DNA of 64,000 nt from Selaginella moellendorffii (GCF_000143415.4 NW_003314263.1:2668041-2732040), one strand, 5' to 3'; positions 43,160 through 57,771 are shown, numbered from the stretch's first letter. Numbers and translations: made by a program. Notes: generated from the letters alone by a model not told the origin.

Positions 43160-44620
43160 GGTATTTCAATTCTTTCGGATAATGGTTCTATATTTATGGT
43201 TGAGGCATTTTATATTTTGACATCTTAGATTGGGATATAGCATATTTTTGCAAGTGATTATCATTCACAAATAAATGGTTAATAACTCATAAAAAATTGT
43301 AAATTATATATAATTTTAGTATTGATATTGAAATGATAATTTGTCATTTCTTCAGACACAACAATGTCCCTATGCCTACCTAAAATAAAAGAGTCATACT
43401 AATTAAAGTGTAGAATGAAGATCAATAGATAGATAATCATCTAAATTATTCCCTATAAAACAAAAGATATCATTACTAAAAATGTAAATACTAAAACAAA
43501 AAGTCATTTGTAAATACTAGCTCTACATCTTATGGATAAACAAATCTAACTATAGATATTAAGTCTATCAGACATTTAAATTATTGACCATAACTTCGAA
43601 AGCATCTCCCATACTTGATAGTGTGTTCAAGCTAGCCTTTTTGACCAAGGGTTTATAACAACCGAGATTAAGTGTCTTTATCTCATTCACCATATCTTCA
43701 GTGCCATTTGTAGTAAAGTGTTTAAGTTAGATATTGTAAAAAATCAACTCCCCAAGGTGTTGTAAGTTAAAGGATCCCTAAAACCATGACTAAAATGATA
43801 AAGAGTTTATTGAATGAGACCAAGTCTAAGATTGAGTCCAAGATCTACTTTAAGACTGAGTTTGAGAGTGAGTCCAAGATCGAGTTCGAAACCAACTTCA
43901 AGACTGAGTCCGAGATCTGAGATCCAAGATCAAGTCTGAGACCAAGTCCGAGATCAAATCCGAAACCGAGTCCTAGGTTGGGTCCGAGATGGAGTTCGAG
44001 ACCAAGTTTGAAGCCAAGTTCGAGATCAAGTCTAAAATCAAATCCAAATACTAATACAAGTCGTGAGGTGAAAGTTCAAAGCGGGGCTGTAGGGGGTTCC
44101 AAAAGTATAGTAAGAATAATGAGATCCAAGAATTAGTCTTGAAGGAACTCTTTAATGGTACTTCTAAATTGACTTGAGGTTAAAATTCAAAGTTAGGGGC
44201 CTCAAGTGGGAGTGAGCATGGAGTTAGGTGGTGTTAGAGAGGCCACCTGAGGAAGTGCTTAAGAGTAGCTCCCACTCCCAAAAGGGAAACTATTTGTGGT
44301 GTTCTTAGCTAATATGGAGTGGTGCCCTATTTGAGTACCTTGCAACTTATTGATCTTTGTTCCTTTCTACGAGCTTGGGCCTTCCTTTCGAGAGGGAAAT
44401 GGGGGAGTAAAGGTACTTATACCAAGCCTTTACACCATGGTTTTTCCCCCTGGTGTCTCAAAATAAGTGATGCACCCAAGGCTTGGGAATTAGAAGGTCT
44501 TATGATCAAGTCTTGTTGTACTAGGATATTAGAAATTTAAAGACTTGTTGTATTTGGCTGCTTGTGCATTCAAAGAGTGTAATTGAACTTTAAGTCCACT
44601 CCAACCCAAGGAGGGGGATT
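43160..44620 (+). mobile_element. Gypsy relic: integrase-core fragment, hexamer-repeat segment and polypurine tract
   Basis: 43170-43290 aligns with the integrase segment at 57375-57485 (SDNG..F...LGI.H.F...YH). GAGACC/GAGTCC-type repeats at 43815-44060. PPT-like AAGGAGGGGGA followed by TG at ~44608-44621. Confidence 0.6.
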
Positions 44621-45109
44621 GTGATAGAATTTGGTAATCCATGAACGAATGAGTAACACTTCATTCCCTATATAGTGAGTCATTGAAACTAAGTAAGACC
44701 AAGTAGAAGGTGGTACAATATGTAGGAACCTTGGCAAGGGAACTTAATTAAGGATAAGATAGTGGTGGTTGGATAGGCAAGGTAAGCTGACAAATTGAAA
44801 AAGAAAAATTTATGGCTTACAAATATACTAGATTTTCATACTAAACACTCTAACTGTGCATTACGAGTCTGAGGCATCCCCCACTTGGTGGTGTGCCCAA
44901 GCCAACCTTCTTACTAAGAGTCCATAACTATCGAAATATAAATATCTTTATACTCCAAACCATCACTATGCATTAGCAGGTTGGGACTTGAACCCAAGCA
45001 CTAGAAAGTTAGGACTCAAACTCAACTTTTGTATATGCATCTATAGACAGCATCATTTATGATGCCTTGTGTGACTCCCCACGCCAATACACTAATTTAT
45101 ACTCAATAT

Positions 45110-45298
45110 TGTAAGCAACCAAAAGGAACGACTTGAGAGACGATCCATAAATGTTCAAATATAAAGAGAAAGGGGCCATGAATAAAAGTTTTCCAATCGG
45201 TTAAGGGTTTTGGGATATTTGGGGTTAAACTGAATAATATTGCGCTAGGTGACCTCTTAGGAAGTCTAAACTCAGGAGTTTACATTTGGTATCAGAGC
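45110..45298 (+). mobile_element. 5' LTR (45110-45284, TG...CA) plus tRNA-iMet primer-binding site (45287-45298)
   Basis: TGTAAGC...GGAGTTTACA, then TT and TGGTATCAGAGC. The LTR is homologous to 8380-8555. Confidence 0.85.
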
Positions 45299-46684
45299 AG
45301 TCTTGGGTCCGACTCTATTGGTTGGCTTAAGGGAATCACACCACATGTTGATTGACATCTGGCAGGTCTAATTTACTATAAATCACTATTTAGAAACCTA
45401 GTTCTTTTAAGCTTCAAAATCAAATTAGTTGATTAACTTGTGATTATACATAGACTCCTCCATATTTAGCCCCATGGGCCACCCCTTTTGAAGTTAATAT
45501 TATTCCTTCAATTTGCCAATTTCGCTTAGAAAGTCACCTAACTAGCATAACATGATTTTATACATAAGTGTGAAAGTCCTCAAATATCAACTTTCATTCA
45601 TAACAATCTTTTTGAACACTCAAGAATTATTTCCTTAATCTTGATAGCTTCACCTCATGGCAAGCTTCAAAGCCATGCTTCTACTGCACCATTTTGATTT
45701 TGTGCATTCCTATGAACCATTTATATTTGTCTTTCTAGATACTAATCCACTTAAAATTGTCTTTAGGAATATTAAAGGAACTCTATCTTTTAGATTGCTA
45801 AAGTTTCTCCTTTCGCAAACTTTTTAATTGTCATATGGTTTAACATAGGTAATTCTATATTTTAAAGTCACCATAGCACCACAATTATTAGTAATAACAC
45901 CTTCAACCACCCATTTAATTTTCCATTCCCAATTTACATAACTATTCTTGGCTATACCTTTCGATTTTTATGGTTTGGTTCTATCCCTTTATTATTTATT
46001 TTTTGCCTTACACAATCTCTTTAGTTATTCTCCTCTAAACTATTAGGGCAATTTTGCACTTTTTACTATGCATTAGCAAGTATTTTTATGAATGAATTTA
46101 CTCAATTCCCTAAAGAGTGGTTCTTCAATTTAAATATGCTCACCTTGTAATCCCATGCACCAAGATTCACGTCACTACTCATGAGCTTCACTATACCTAT
46201 TACTATCTATGCCAAAATCTTTTTGGTTTTATCCACTTTGGATAGTCAAAATTACCCCATCTCTAGTTTTTATCAACCTTGGATATTATATAGCATCTTC
46301 TATCCATTTTTCTTTAAAGACGTAATCTCTTGAGCCTTATCTATTACCCCCATAATACCCAAACACCACCTCTTTAGCATTTTTAAGGTGCTTATATGTT
46401 TCTATGGACTTCCCATATAATAAACATTTCCTATTAATACTAACCCATTATATCTTAACATAAACACAACATCCTTTAAGAGATGTATTTAACCTCCTTA
46501 TCTAACTAAGAACTCTTAGGAAGTTAGTTTCCACTATTCTAACAAATTATTCTAAACTTTTATTTAGTTGCTTCATAGTTATTATGTTTTACAACTCATT
46601 ATCAGTACTTCCACATCTCCATTAATATTTGGTACAAGCACATAAATCTAATTATATCCAAGATATTCTAACTCCATTTCCATT

Positions 46685-46972
46685 ATGCTTTATTTCGTTA
46701 AAGTGGGACTTATTCAGTAAAGTGGGACATTAATTAGCATGTGTCCACATGCCATTTCCTAGTACTTAATTAATATTTATTAATATTTCTATCAGTTTTT
46801 TAATTTAATTTTTTATATTTCACAATATTATAACACAAAATCATATGAAAAGTTTTTAATTTATAAATTATAAAGTTAAAACTTCAATTTTTTATTGTTG
46901 TTATAAAAATGGCATGTGGCCACACACCATAAGTGGGATAATGAAAAGTCCCACTTTAACGAAATAAAGCAT
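46685..46972. mobile_element. 288-bp MITE with perfect 27-bp TIRs and a 4-bp TSD (CATT)
   Basis: ATGCTTTATTTCGTTAAAGTGGGACTT at 46685-46711 and its exact reverse complement at 46946-46972. CATT on both flanks. A second inverted pair lies inside (CCACATGCCATTT / AAATGGCATGTGG). Confidence 0.88.
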
Positions 46973-47612
46973 CATTGGGTTTTTTTTGGTTCTTATAAAG
47001 TTACCAACTTGACCTCAAAGCATCATCCTTTGAGACATTTAAGGTTTCCACCCTATTAGCTTCGATGAGAATATTAACTCATTCTTTGAGTACACCCTTA
47101 ACTCCTTATATTATTCTGACATTTATTAAAGGTAGCCTTAACTACCATTTCAAGGATATATGTCCTTATCTATATTTAGCTTTCCATAGTCATTAACTTT
47201 AGTTTCAAATTCATGAGCACCAGCCTTAGTTATATGAAAATAATTCTATGACTCCTTTATTATTTTAGAGTTTTTATCCCTCTTGTGATCTCAAATATAA
47301 TTGATTACCACAACCACATTAGCCAATTTATTAAGTCAAACACTTATATAGATAACATCTTCAACTCTCTAAGGAAAACCTTCTACTATTCCCAAGATCC
47401 TAAAATAATTCTCTTATTAGCCCCTTTCTATCCACCACATTGCCTACACATTTATGTATGATCTCAAGTGGAGAGTTATGCCCTCTCGACATGCTACTCC
47501 TCAAGGATAAACCCACTTTAAGGGTCTTTTGATACTAATATTAAGTGGTGATATACTTAATCACCAATAAGAGTTGGACTAAGCAATAGTTTTGATATCA
47601 AATTATAAATGA

Positions 47613-48440
47613 CTAATTTTTCCTTTTTATTTTAATCGCTTAATTACACCTTTGACCACTTGGAGGAATCCCATTTATAATCTCCATAAGTCCAATTCCC
47701 AACTTAGAGACTAATTAGCCCCATAAATAACCTTTATGCCACTCTACCTTTGCACTTGGTCTAAATGTTCCATGTGTTTAATCCTATGATAGACACTCAC
47801 AGGTACTACTAACATATCAATCCATTACACTAAAGTTATATCCATTCACCTTTGTCTCATTAGTAACCCAAGACCACTCATACCATAATCTCATCTTTCA
47901 AAGAATGGGTTATCCATCCATGAATGGTCATCCTATAACCACATTTTAACATCTTTAAAATGCCCAAAGATATAAAAAATATACTTCCCTAATATTCCTT
48001 CTTCAATCCCTATTAAGTTCCTCTTTATTTATGGTGGTGCTTGCCAACACTACCATTGGGTCAAAACCCAAAGGTCTTACTAAATCCCATTGACATCTGG
48101 GACTTTCTCACCATATAATCATACCTTTGATCACTATACAAGATATTTACTCTTCTTCCTTTCTATAATCTAGAACTTTAGGATGACATTTTTGGACACC
48201 ATGGCTCTATGCGAATTTCGTGGGTGCTCCCCCCACCTTTTGCCTCTATGTGCCTTAGCCATATAGCTAGAGCAACATTCTAACATTCTGATAAGCTATA
48301 CTAAGTATCCAAATAGGTAGTGCTACCCACACTTGAATTGGGAGCATCAACCATTCAATCTCCTAGGGGAACTAGAGTTGACTCCTGAACACTTCACCAA
48401 GCTACCCCACTTATTTATTTGTGTTCACTCTAGCCTTGTG
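47613..48440 (+). repeat. Older, AT-shifted copy of the repeat at 57780-58590
   Basis: Colinear ~800-bp similarity, e.g. 'acctttgcacttggtc', 'ccattcacctt', 'cacccatggc'-like, 'gaacacttcaccaagctacc'. Confidence 0.8.
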
Positions 48441-48729
48441 TTCCAAGATATCTAGGCTATAGAAGACTTTAATCAAATCATAATTGCTAATTATTTACTA
48501 TTCTTGGATCATAGTATTAGCCTTTGCAAAAGTGCATAATCCCTCTTTGTGTAAGTCCTTATAGATTTTGTTTAAGCTTTGTTTTTCCATTTTGTTGAGC
48601 ATTTTCCCTCAATTTGGAAGTATTTGTTAAGTTGTTATGCTCTTTACTACATCTTTAAATCTACATAATAGAAAAATATTTTTGAGTTACATGTTATTTG
48701 TTTATGATTTGGGGGACCAAACCACGTGT

Positions 48730-51400
48730 GGGGAGAGGTGACAGTGCAGGATGTAATTGAGGACTTTTCTAATGTTTTTCCATTTGAACTTTCTCATGAG
48801 TTATCTCTATTATAAGGTGTGGAGCATAATATTACGTTAAAGCCAAGGATGAGGCCAATTTACTAATATTCATTTTGGTTGAGTTATGTAGAAGTTTAAC
48901 AACAAATCAAGGAGTTACTTGAGTTTGGATTTACTCTAGTCTTGCTCATAAAGAAGGATTATTTAATGCAGATGAGTATTAATTACCATGCCTTAAACAA
49001 AAAGACAATAAAGGATATATTGCCAATATTGTATGTAGATAATATCTTAAACAAGTTTGATAAAGTGTGAGTGTTTACCACGATTGACTTGAAGAGTGGA
49101 TATCATCAAATTGCAATGGATGATGCATTTATCTCTAAGATGATATTTAACATGAGCTTTAGGCATTTTTTAGTTCACAGATATGCCATTTGGTTTGACA
49201 AATGCATTAGCTATATTTGCATTATTTTCATGAGTTTTAGAAATTTTCTTGGACGATATTCTTGTTTTTAGCAAGAATATGGAAGAGTATAAAGTGCATT
49301 TGTGCAAAGTTCTCTTGTTACTACATAACAGTAAACTTTACATGAAGAAGAGAAAATGTGAATTTGCAAAGTTGAAGATAGAATACCTAGGTTATATTGT
49401 GACATCTAGAGGTGTAAACAAATCCAAGAAAGGTGGCTATAGTGGAGAATTGGCCTCCACCAACTGTAGTGGCTAAGTTATTTATTTTCTTTAGTATGGC
49501 TAATTAATACTAATGTAGATAGCTATTCCTTTGACATAGTTATTATGTAAAAACTTGCCATTCAAATGGAAGAAGCCATAGGAGGATAATTTTGTAGCAT
49601 TGAAATGGTTGTTAAGTAAGGCTTTAGTGCTTTACATTGTTAATCCATTAAAACCTTACGAGGTGATGTGTAATATAACTGGCCATACACTAAGAATTCT
49701 CATGTAAGAGGGATAATTTGCATATGAGAGTCAAACTTTAAATTATATGAAGTAACAATATTCCATATGTGAGCAACAGTTACTCTTTATTATTCATGCT
49801 TTGCAAATATAAAGGCACTATCTTTATGGTGCGGTGTTCATAGTGTTAAATAGATAATAAACTCCATAAGTTTGACTATATAGCGAGCTTGCTTACATGT
49901 TCAACTTCTTCTATGTGAATAGATATACAAGAGGTTTGAGAAGTTTCCTTTTGAGCATCGTTTATGGAAATTGAATGTAATGGCAAATACTTTATCTCAT
50001 GTTCATCATATAACATATTACAAACACAATTTTGTTATCATTTGAGTAAGATGGTTAGTAAATTTGGGTAATTAATTGAGTATGCTTAGACTCAAAACAC
50101 TAAGTTAGTTTTGAGCCTAGATGAAAACACCTTTCTTATTGGTGGATGGGATTCTTTACTATAATGTATATTTGACATAGGTAGATGCATTGATTAATTA
50201 GATTTTTTTCCACTATTATGATTATTCAAATGTTAGTTATTTTGGGGGGAAAAAGACATATGAGTTGATTAAGCACAATTTTTATTGAAGGAATATGAAA
50301 GCTAATATCCTTAAATATTGCAAATCATTCAATCTCTATTAGTAGGTAAATGTGTCATAAGAGAACTAGGGAGGACTTTTGCAGCCTATGCCTATTCCTT
50401 AGAGTTGTTGGTGTAATACTTCTATAGACTTCTAGAGCTAAAAGGAGCAAGTGTGAGTTATAGTCAATTGATTGACAAAGTATATATGGTTGTTAACTAT
50501 TCAAAAAACTATTACTGCCTTAGACTTAGTTGCAATCTACTTAGAGAAGCTCTTTTTTAATTTTAGTTTGCCAAAGGATATAATTAATGATTGAAACTCA
50601 AAGTTCACTAATGGATTTTAGAAGAGCTTTATAAAGACTATGTAAGTGATTTTAAAACTCTCAAATGGAGATCATCGTCAAATAGACCAAATATGTGAAT
50701 TAGGTGGTGGAAGATATATTATACTTTAGCATTGGCCAAAGGTAGGGACAATTGGATTTATATTTTTTATTAGTGCAATTCAATTACAACAATAATAAAT
50801 ATAGTGAAAGAAATTAAGTCCTTAATTTATCATATTTGGAAGGCATGCCTAAAAAATATTGGAGTTGGAATTATATTTGACTAAGGATGTTTGTAATAAA
50901 TGTGATTTATAGGTGACAAATTTAAACACAAAACTTGTTGAGATTTTTGTGATGTGCAAACAAAAGTTGTAGATAGCTCAAAATAGGGTGGAGAAGTTTG
51001 CTAATAAGCATCACCAATTTTAAAAATATAAGGTGAGGAATTTCATCTTTGTGCAAATGATCTTTCTGTTAAATAAGTTTACATGAAGTGTTAAAACACA
51101 TTGGTAAGGCAATTTATTAGGTGTGACTGCCAACTAGGGTGAAAATTCATCTAGCATTTTATGTTATCCAATTGAAAAGTGTACTATCTCCGAGTGAAGG
51201 GCCTAATGCCTCCTTGATGTATACAGTTATAAAAGATGGATCATGAGCTAGAGCAGAGTTCCCTAAAAAGGGTGATCATGGATACAAATCATCATTGAAA
51301 TAAAAACTTTGTTGACAAGGAGGAATTGTTAGGCATTTTGACCATATGGTCAATGTTGGTTAAAGTGAAATTCATGATGTATTAGGGTTCTAATGGATGA
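48730..51400 (+). mobile_element. Degenerate Ty3/Gypsy pol (RT-RNaseH-integrase) with PPT and 3' LTR start
   Basis: DFSNVFPFEL...VEHNITL; FTTIDLKSGYHQI; LDDILVFSKNMEEYKVHL..V...L....LY.K..KCEF....IEYLGYIV. Many stops. PPT ACAAGGAGGAA precedes TGTTAGG at 51327. Confidence 0.85.
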
Positions 51401-51912
51401 AACCTCCTTTTAAGGTTTTTAGGATATTGTAAATTAAACATTCTAAAGGACTAGGTTCGGAGATTTCCCTAAAGTATAAATTAAAGAGCTTATATAATTG
51501 AATTGAAAAGAAGATACTATGGAAGGTACATTTAACATACATTCTACTCATATAATATATAAAAACATTTAATAGTATTTTTAATAACATAAATACTTTT
51601 AGAACTGTTAATTATATATAATATTTATTACATTATTTCTTAGGCTAGTATATATACATATGTATTAGTCTTTACAGTTGCATAAATATATAAAGCCACT
51701 TACAGAAATATATTTTTATCTTTTTCCTATTGACAAAATATTAGCTTCATGTAGACTAAATTTCTACAGTTAAAAGCATATATAAGAAAGTATAATTGAA
51801 TTTTCTTATATCCTTATTAATATTTCTAAAGATATTAAAATATTTTGATAATACAATATTTATTCTAATGATTTAGAAATTTAAATCAGGCTTTATAACC
51901 TTTCTATTTATC

Positions 51913-52822
51913 ATGCATATTCTTATTATTTTTTCTTCTGTTTTATATTTTTTTATTTTTTTATTGGGAATAAAACCAGCAAAAATAGAATGGGGAGATA
52001 ATAACACTTTAACTCATGAAGAAATTGGAATGATTATTAATACAGGATTTTATAACCTTTTTAACACAAATTAATTCAAGAAATAAAAATATTACATATC
52101 CGTCAAATTATGAAAATTTATATATTGTTAATTTTGGAAGAGGAGATGCTCTTTTAACTTTTCAACGTTTGAATGGTTCTCCACCATTATGTTCAGCTGG
52201 GAATACAAATTCACAACAAGGAATTGTTGGTGATACTTTAAGAGCTGGATTAAGATCGCTAGTAATAAATCACTATGATGATATGTTACAAGCACGATCT
52301 GAAGAATGTAGAATCACTTCAAGAAAATATCAATTTGAGTATACAACTTTTTTTCGAAGACATGATTCAGTAAACACACAATTATTAAATCTTAAGATTA
52401 AAGATATTGAAGATAATGATTATACCTGTGATATCGCATTAACAACATTAAGTGCTGGGTTTAAGAATAATAAACTCTATAAAGGTGAGTTTTTAGTTTC
52501 TCCAAATGGTAAAAATATGTTATATTTAAGTACAAAATGCAAACTTAATTTATATTCTGGAAAAAACATTTTATGGGCATCAAATAATGATGATTACTAT
52601 GGACATTGCATAGCTATTTTGCTAAATAATGGTAACTTTATAATATCTAAGGATTCTAAGTTAGAATTATGGAGTATAAATAAGTATTGCAAGCATTGTT
52701 ACCAATTCACATTTCTTACCATTCAAAATGATTGTAATTTAGTTATTTATGAATCAAAATCACCAAATAAGGTTTGGTGGGCAACAAATACCTATGATTA
52801 TTATAATTGTTTAAAAGGCTAG
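51913..52822 (+). CDS. Putative secreted protein: unknown N-terminal domain plus C-terminal bulb-type (GNA-like) lectin; one frameshift at ~52055
   Basis: ATG 51913 gives MHILIIFSSVLYFFIFLLGIKPA-KIEWGD... A +1 shift near 'tataacctttttaac' joins the long frame, which is open from ~52046 to 52822. The C-terminus has LYKGEFLVSPNG...LWASN...LLNNGNF...LWS...IQNDCNLVIY...WWATNT (one intact QxDxNxVxY site). Confidence 0.75.
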
Positions 52823-55800
52823 AAATGTTATGTTTATATTTAAACTAATTCACTTTCTAATGAATTGTTAAAGTAGGATAGTAAAGTCATGAAATAGTAA
52901 AATTCCATAGTTTCACTTGTCAAGTTTTAAGTGTTTTCAGAGCAAGTTTTGAACTTTTCCAGTATATCAAGTTTTAAAGTCAAGAGAATCTTCTTTCTTA
53001 TTTATATTAGCAATAAAAGTCTAAATATATCAACCTTCACACTATTTAATCTCTAGTGAGATTTCATTGCTCTTATAAATGTGATTCCACACTACCTTAC
53101 TACTTTGGTACAAAATATAATATAAAAAATTTATATACTTAAAATTACATGTATATTACTTCACATTCCTATGCATATGCATATTGCCACATTGTGAAAT
53201 GTCTAAATTGCCTCAGTTATTATGCATTGGCAATCATGCCCAAAGAATTCTTTCTTTCAGTGTTAACAATGTGGGGCATATGGTAGAAGTGACATGATCT
53301 TGCCAAATTCACATCCATTATCTCAAGCTATAACTAATTAATACTCTTTTGTATCAACAAGCCCATGTTGGAGACCTTCAGAGACTGTCATTCTAGCCAC
53401 TTAGTATATAGTGATCTAATATGCTTGTGTCAAGGTCCTTGAAGGTAGTGTGTTAATCCAGTAGCACTCGGTCTAGTAAGCACTACTAACAACTTGGCAG
53501 AGTGGGAGCATCTAGCAGCTTTGGCATTGAATATGATATTTTAGTAGAAATGGTGTTACTGGTAAATAAACTGTAATTTTACTTAAGATAGTTCTCTGTA
53601 TAAATATTTTCTGTATAGGGTAAAGAATATTCTTTAAAATATTCTTAGGTTATTATCTATAGATCATAATAAATTAATCTGAAAATTCTATGAAAATTTA
53701 TATTTAAATTCACTAAACTTAGATGGTATTATTAAAAAATGTTATGTACCTAAATTTTAAACTATATTTAAATATGTGAGGTCCAAGTATATGGCTACAA
53801 TGCCATATATTAATATTACTATAGTGGGATTTTGATAGCCGTCAAATTGGTTTCAATCCAAACCACTCACTCCTATAGATAAGCTAGGGTTTTAAAGTTA
53901 ATTGATATACACATTTCTACATTTCATTTTCATATTTTATGCACTCACATTGATAGAGTTGAGAGGCAATTTTGATTGTCCCTGAAGAGTGTTTGGATTT
54001 AGGATTTTGGTTTAGATCTAGCTTTTACATCATCTAGATTTCACTATTCTTATAACATTTTTCAATTTCTTCTTTTTTGTTTTTTCCTTGAGTTCATCTT
54101 CATGGCAAAGCAATGGCTTCTTCCTTTCACTCTAGAGCAGTAGTTAGTGAAGTTACTTGATGCTATATAGTTGCAGTTGAATAATCAAACTCAATTGATA
54201 GCAGCATTCATAGCATATGGTACAACTCCTTTTACTCTTGCCACCAATCCTCATGTCTAGCCAAAGTTCTTTTGTAGGAATCTTAGGGATGATGTGTACC
54301 ATTAATTCGATCACTTTATAGTGATTGCCATATATCATTTTTGGAATGATATTTAGCATTTGCATATGTTTCCCATGTGTCTTCAATGTATGGCACTATA
54401 GTGGTACAACAATTTAAGTGTAGCCATTCGTGTGGATTAGAATATTCTTCTGGACATCTTTAAACGCAAATTTGGACATGCCAATGATTGTGATAATCTA
54501 ACAATTGTCATCTGAGTCAATGATGCAATTTAGCATTCATTTCTAAAGCCTCTTACTTCATGTGAAGCTAAATATGTCAAAGCAAATCAAGTTGGGAATA
54601 TTGTGGCTAGCACTTCGTCAAAATGTTGTAAGACTTATGCTTACACTTGCTCCAACCACCTTTGGCAATGCTTTTTGCTTGGCACAATGTTATAAGACAT
54701 CTTTTTTTCCACTTCTCACTACATATCTTTTAGCTCCACTTCTTGTGCAAGATAGTCTTGTTCCAATGGAGGTTGATGCTTTTACTGCCCAAGTTCAAGA
54801 ATAAAAGCAAGGACATTGTTGTAGTTGTTGGGCATATGATGAGTTGGTCATACTTATCAATATTGTTAGTGTTTTCCAAATTGAAGACCTCCATTTCCTA
54901 AATGGAGACTTTAGCATTAACAATGTTTTGTTGGTGCTACTATAATGGAAGGTTTAGACATCAAGATGCTTTTAGGAAATGAGGAGTTGCATAAGTAATA
55001 AAGGGTCCTTGCACAAATAAGTTAGTGACATTTCCATCTTTTTTTTAAAAGTATCATATAGTGGTTCACTCAACACTAGTTCATCTAGTGTTTACTTTCT
55101 AAACTCGTTTTTATAAAAAGAAACCTCCTATTATTCTCTTTGGATTGGTTTACAGGGTTGAGTTTATCTTTTATTGCTCAGCTTGTTGCCACACATTACC
55201 ATCTACATTTGTGTTGTGTGGCAAAGTTGTTTTCATTCTTTATGGCAATGTATGAGACAAGGAAAAGAAGCCTCAAAGTTACATTTGGCATGATTGCACC
55301 ACATTTAATCTATATCAAGGATGAGGTAAAAAAAATTTACTTATTACCACTGGTAATAACTATAGTTCAAGCTTGAGGTAACCCACATGCATAACTAGGT
55401 TTGCCTAATTTCCTATACATACATGTATATAGCTTTCTTTATATTTTTTTTCCTCTCATTTATGTTTCACTTTGTCCTTTTTTTTCTACCTTTGTTGCCA
55501 TTACTTTTGTCTCCCCATTATTTCCTTCTATGTTTCTGTTTTGTTCCTCTATTCCTTCTTCAAATCCTTTTATAGTCTTTATGATGTTAAGGTTGACAGA
55601 CATATAAAGGAGTATGCTAATATCTTTAAATTTGATATATCATCTAGGGCCAAAATTGTAACACGTCATCCTATTCTAACTAGAGACGCTCATCTAATCA
55701 AGGTTTCTGTTCGTCATTGTTCACCAAAACAGATCAAGATTTTACATGCAAATATCAAGGGCATATAAACCTCATCTTGTAACAACGCTTGATGAGAGTA

Positions 55801-57771
55801 TTTGTTTTTGCATCAATTATTATTCGTTAAATAAAGTGACAATCCTCGATATGTACCCTTATTATCACAATATTAATCTTCTAGGTCATTTAGGAGGAAA
55901 TTGTTGATTCACCAAGTTAAATCTTACTTCTGGGTATTAGCAAGTGCCAATAGCTGATAAAAATGTTCCTAAAACTGTTTTTTATACACCATTTGATTTA
56001 TATAAGTTCTTATTGATGATGTTTGGTACGAACAACTTTCTAATGGATTATGGATGAAGTTTTTTACTATATGCCAGAGATGACTACTGACTTCATCATT
56101 AATAGTCTAATCCACTCAAAAAGGATGTGGGAGGAACACATCTATAATGTTTGTAAGGAGTTGGATCTATTGTGGGAAGTTGGTTTAAAGTTGAAATAGT
56201 CAAAGTGTGTGTTTATGTCCAAGGACATGACTTATCTTAGGTGTTATATTTCTCGTGAAAGTTTACAAGTTGATTATGACAAAATTGTGGCTATTCTTAA
56301 GTTCCCTACTCTAAAATGTGTGAATGATATGCAACACTTCTTAGGTAAGGTGCAACATCTGAACCATTTCATTAATCATCTTTTTGATTATATTGAACCA
56401 TTATAAGTATTATTAAAATTGTCAACATCGTCTTTCATTTGATTGGTGAACTATGAGCAAACGTTTACAGATCTCAAAGAATTGTTGACTACTTCTTTAG
56501 TTTTGATATATCTTAACTATACTCAACTTTTCATTTTATGCATAGATGCTTTTGTTATTGATATTCAAAGTATGTTAATACAAAAAAGCTTGAGTGTGCA
56601 TAGTCAATGTTATCCCATTGCATACATTAGCTGTATATTACAACAAACGGAGATGAACTATTCCATGACAGAGAATTAGCAATAGTTTAGGTTTTGAGAA
56701 ACTTCATGTATATTTATATGGTTTTTAGACATTATTAGAAGGTGATGATGTTGCAGTTACTTTGTTATTAAAGTGGAAGAACATAGCTGGCTATATTGCT
56801 CAATGCGCTTTGAAGCTTAAGATATATAATTTTAATGTTATTTATCATCTGGGGAGTTCTATGGCTAGTGCCAATGCCCTTTCTCAAGCTCTTCTTCCTT
56901 CTTCACTCTATTCTCATGTTTCTTATAAATTTGTTATTCTAGCATCTATGGATTTTTAGACGAAGATTTTATATTATCAGCAATTGTTGTATTTGATTGT
57001 TAGTATCAATTAAGTGCAAAACAAAATTTACCTTCTCTTGATGAGGTTTATGAGGCTTAAAAAGTTGAGCCGTGGATCCAAAAGCTTCATGATGGGTTTG
57101 AAAATCTTGCATCATCGTGTGACTGAGAAGTTACGTAAGTCTTTCTATTGGCTAGAGATATGATATAATATTATCTAGTATATAAGTAGCTGCATTTGGT
57201 GCCCAACTCATAACACTCCCCCTTGTGCTGCAAAAAAACAGTTAGAGTTAATTATAATTTCCCATTCGTTTGAGTTGGTAGTATTTGATATGATAGGGTT
57301 TTTTCCATAATCAACTGCTAATAGGATGCTTCCTCCTTAATCAAGTGGTGTTCTAACATTCCTGTCTGAAGTAAATTCTTTCAGATAATGGTCCTATATT
57401 TATGGTTGAGGTATTTCACGTTTTAACATCTTGATTGGGGATATACTACATTTTCTCAAGTGCTTATCATCCATTAGATGGTTTGGTGAAACGGCTCATT
57501 TTAACCTTTAAAGGGATGATTGTGACGTACATGAACTTTCAATATTCGGATTAGGATAGTTATTTGCTATATCTTTGGTACACATATATCACAGTGTACA
57601 GAGTTTTATTGGTGCTTCACTATATAAAATCTTATATAGTCGTGATCTCATACTACCAACGGAGTTGAGTTTACCTTTGCAATTGCCACGAACTACTGAT
57701 GTTAAGTTTTGGGATTAGTATTTGATAAACATTCTTCCACTAGTCCAAGTAAAGTTTGCCAAATAACTAGG

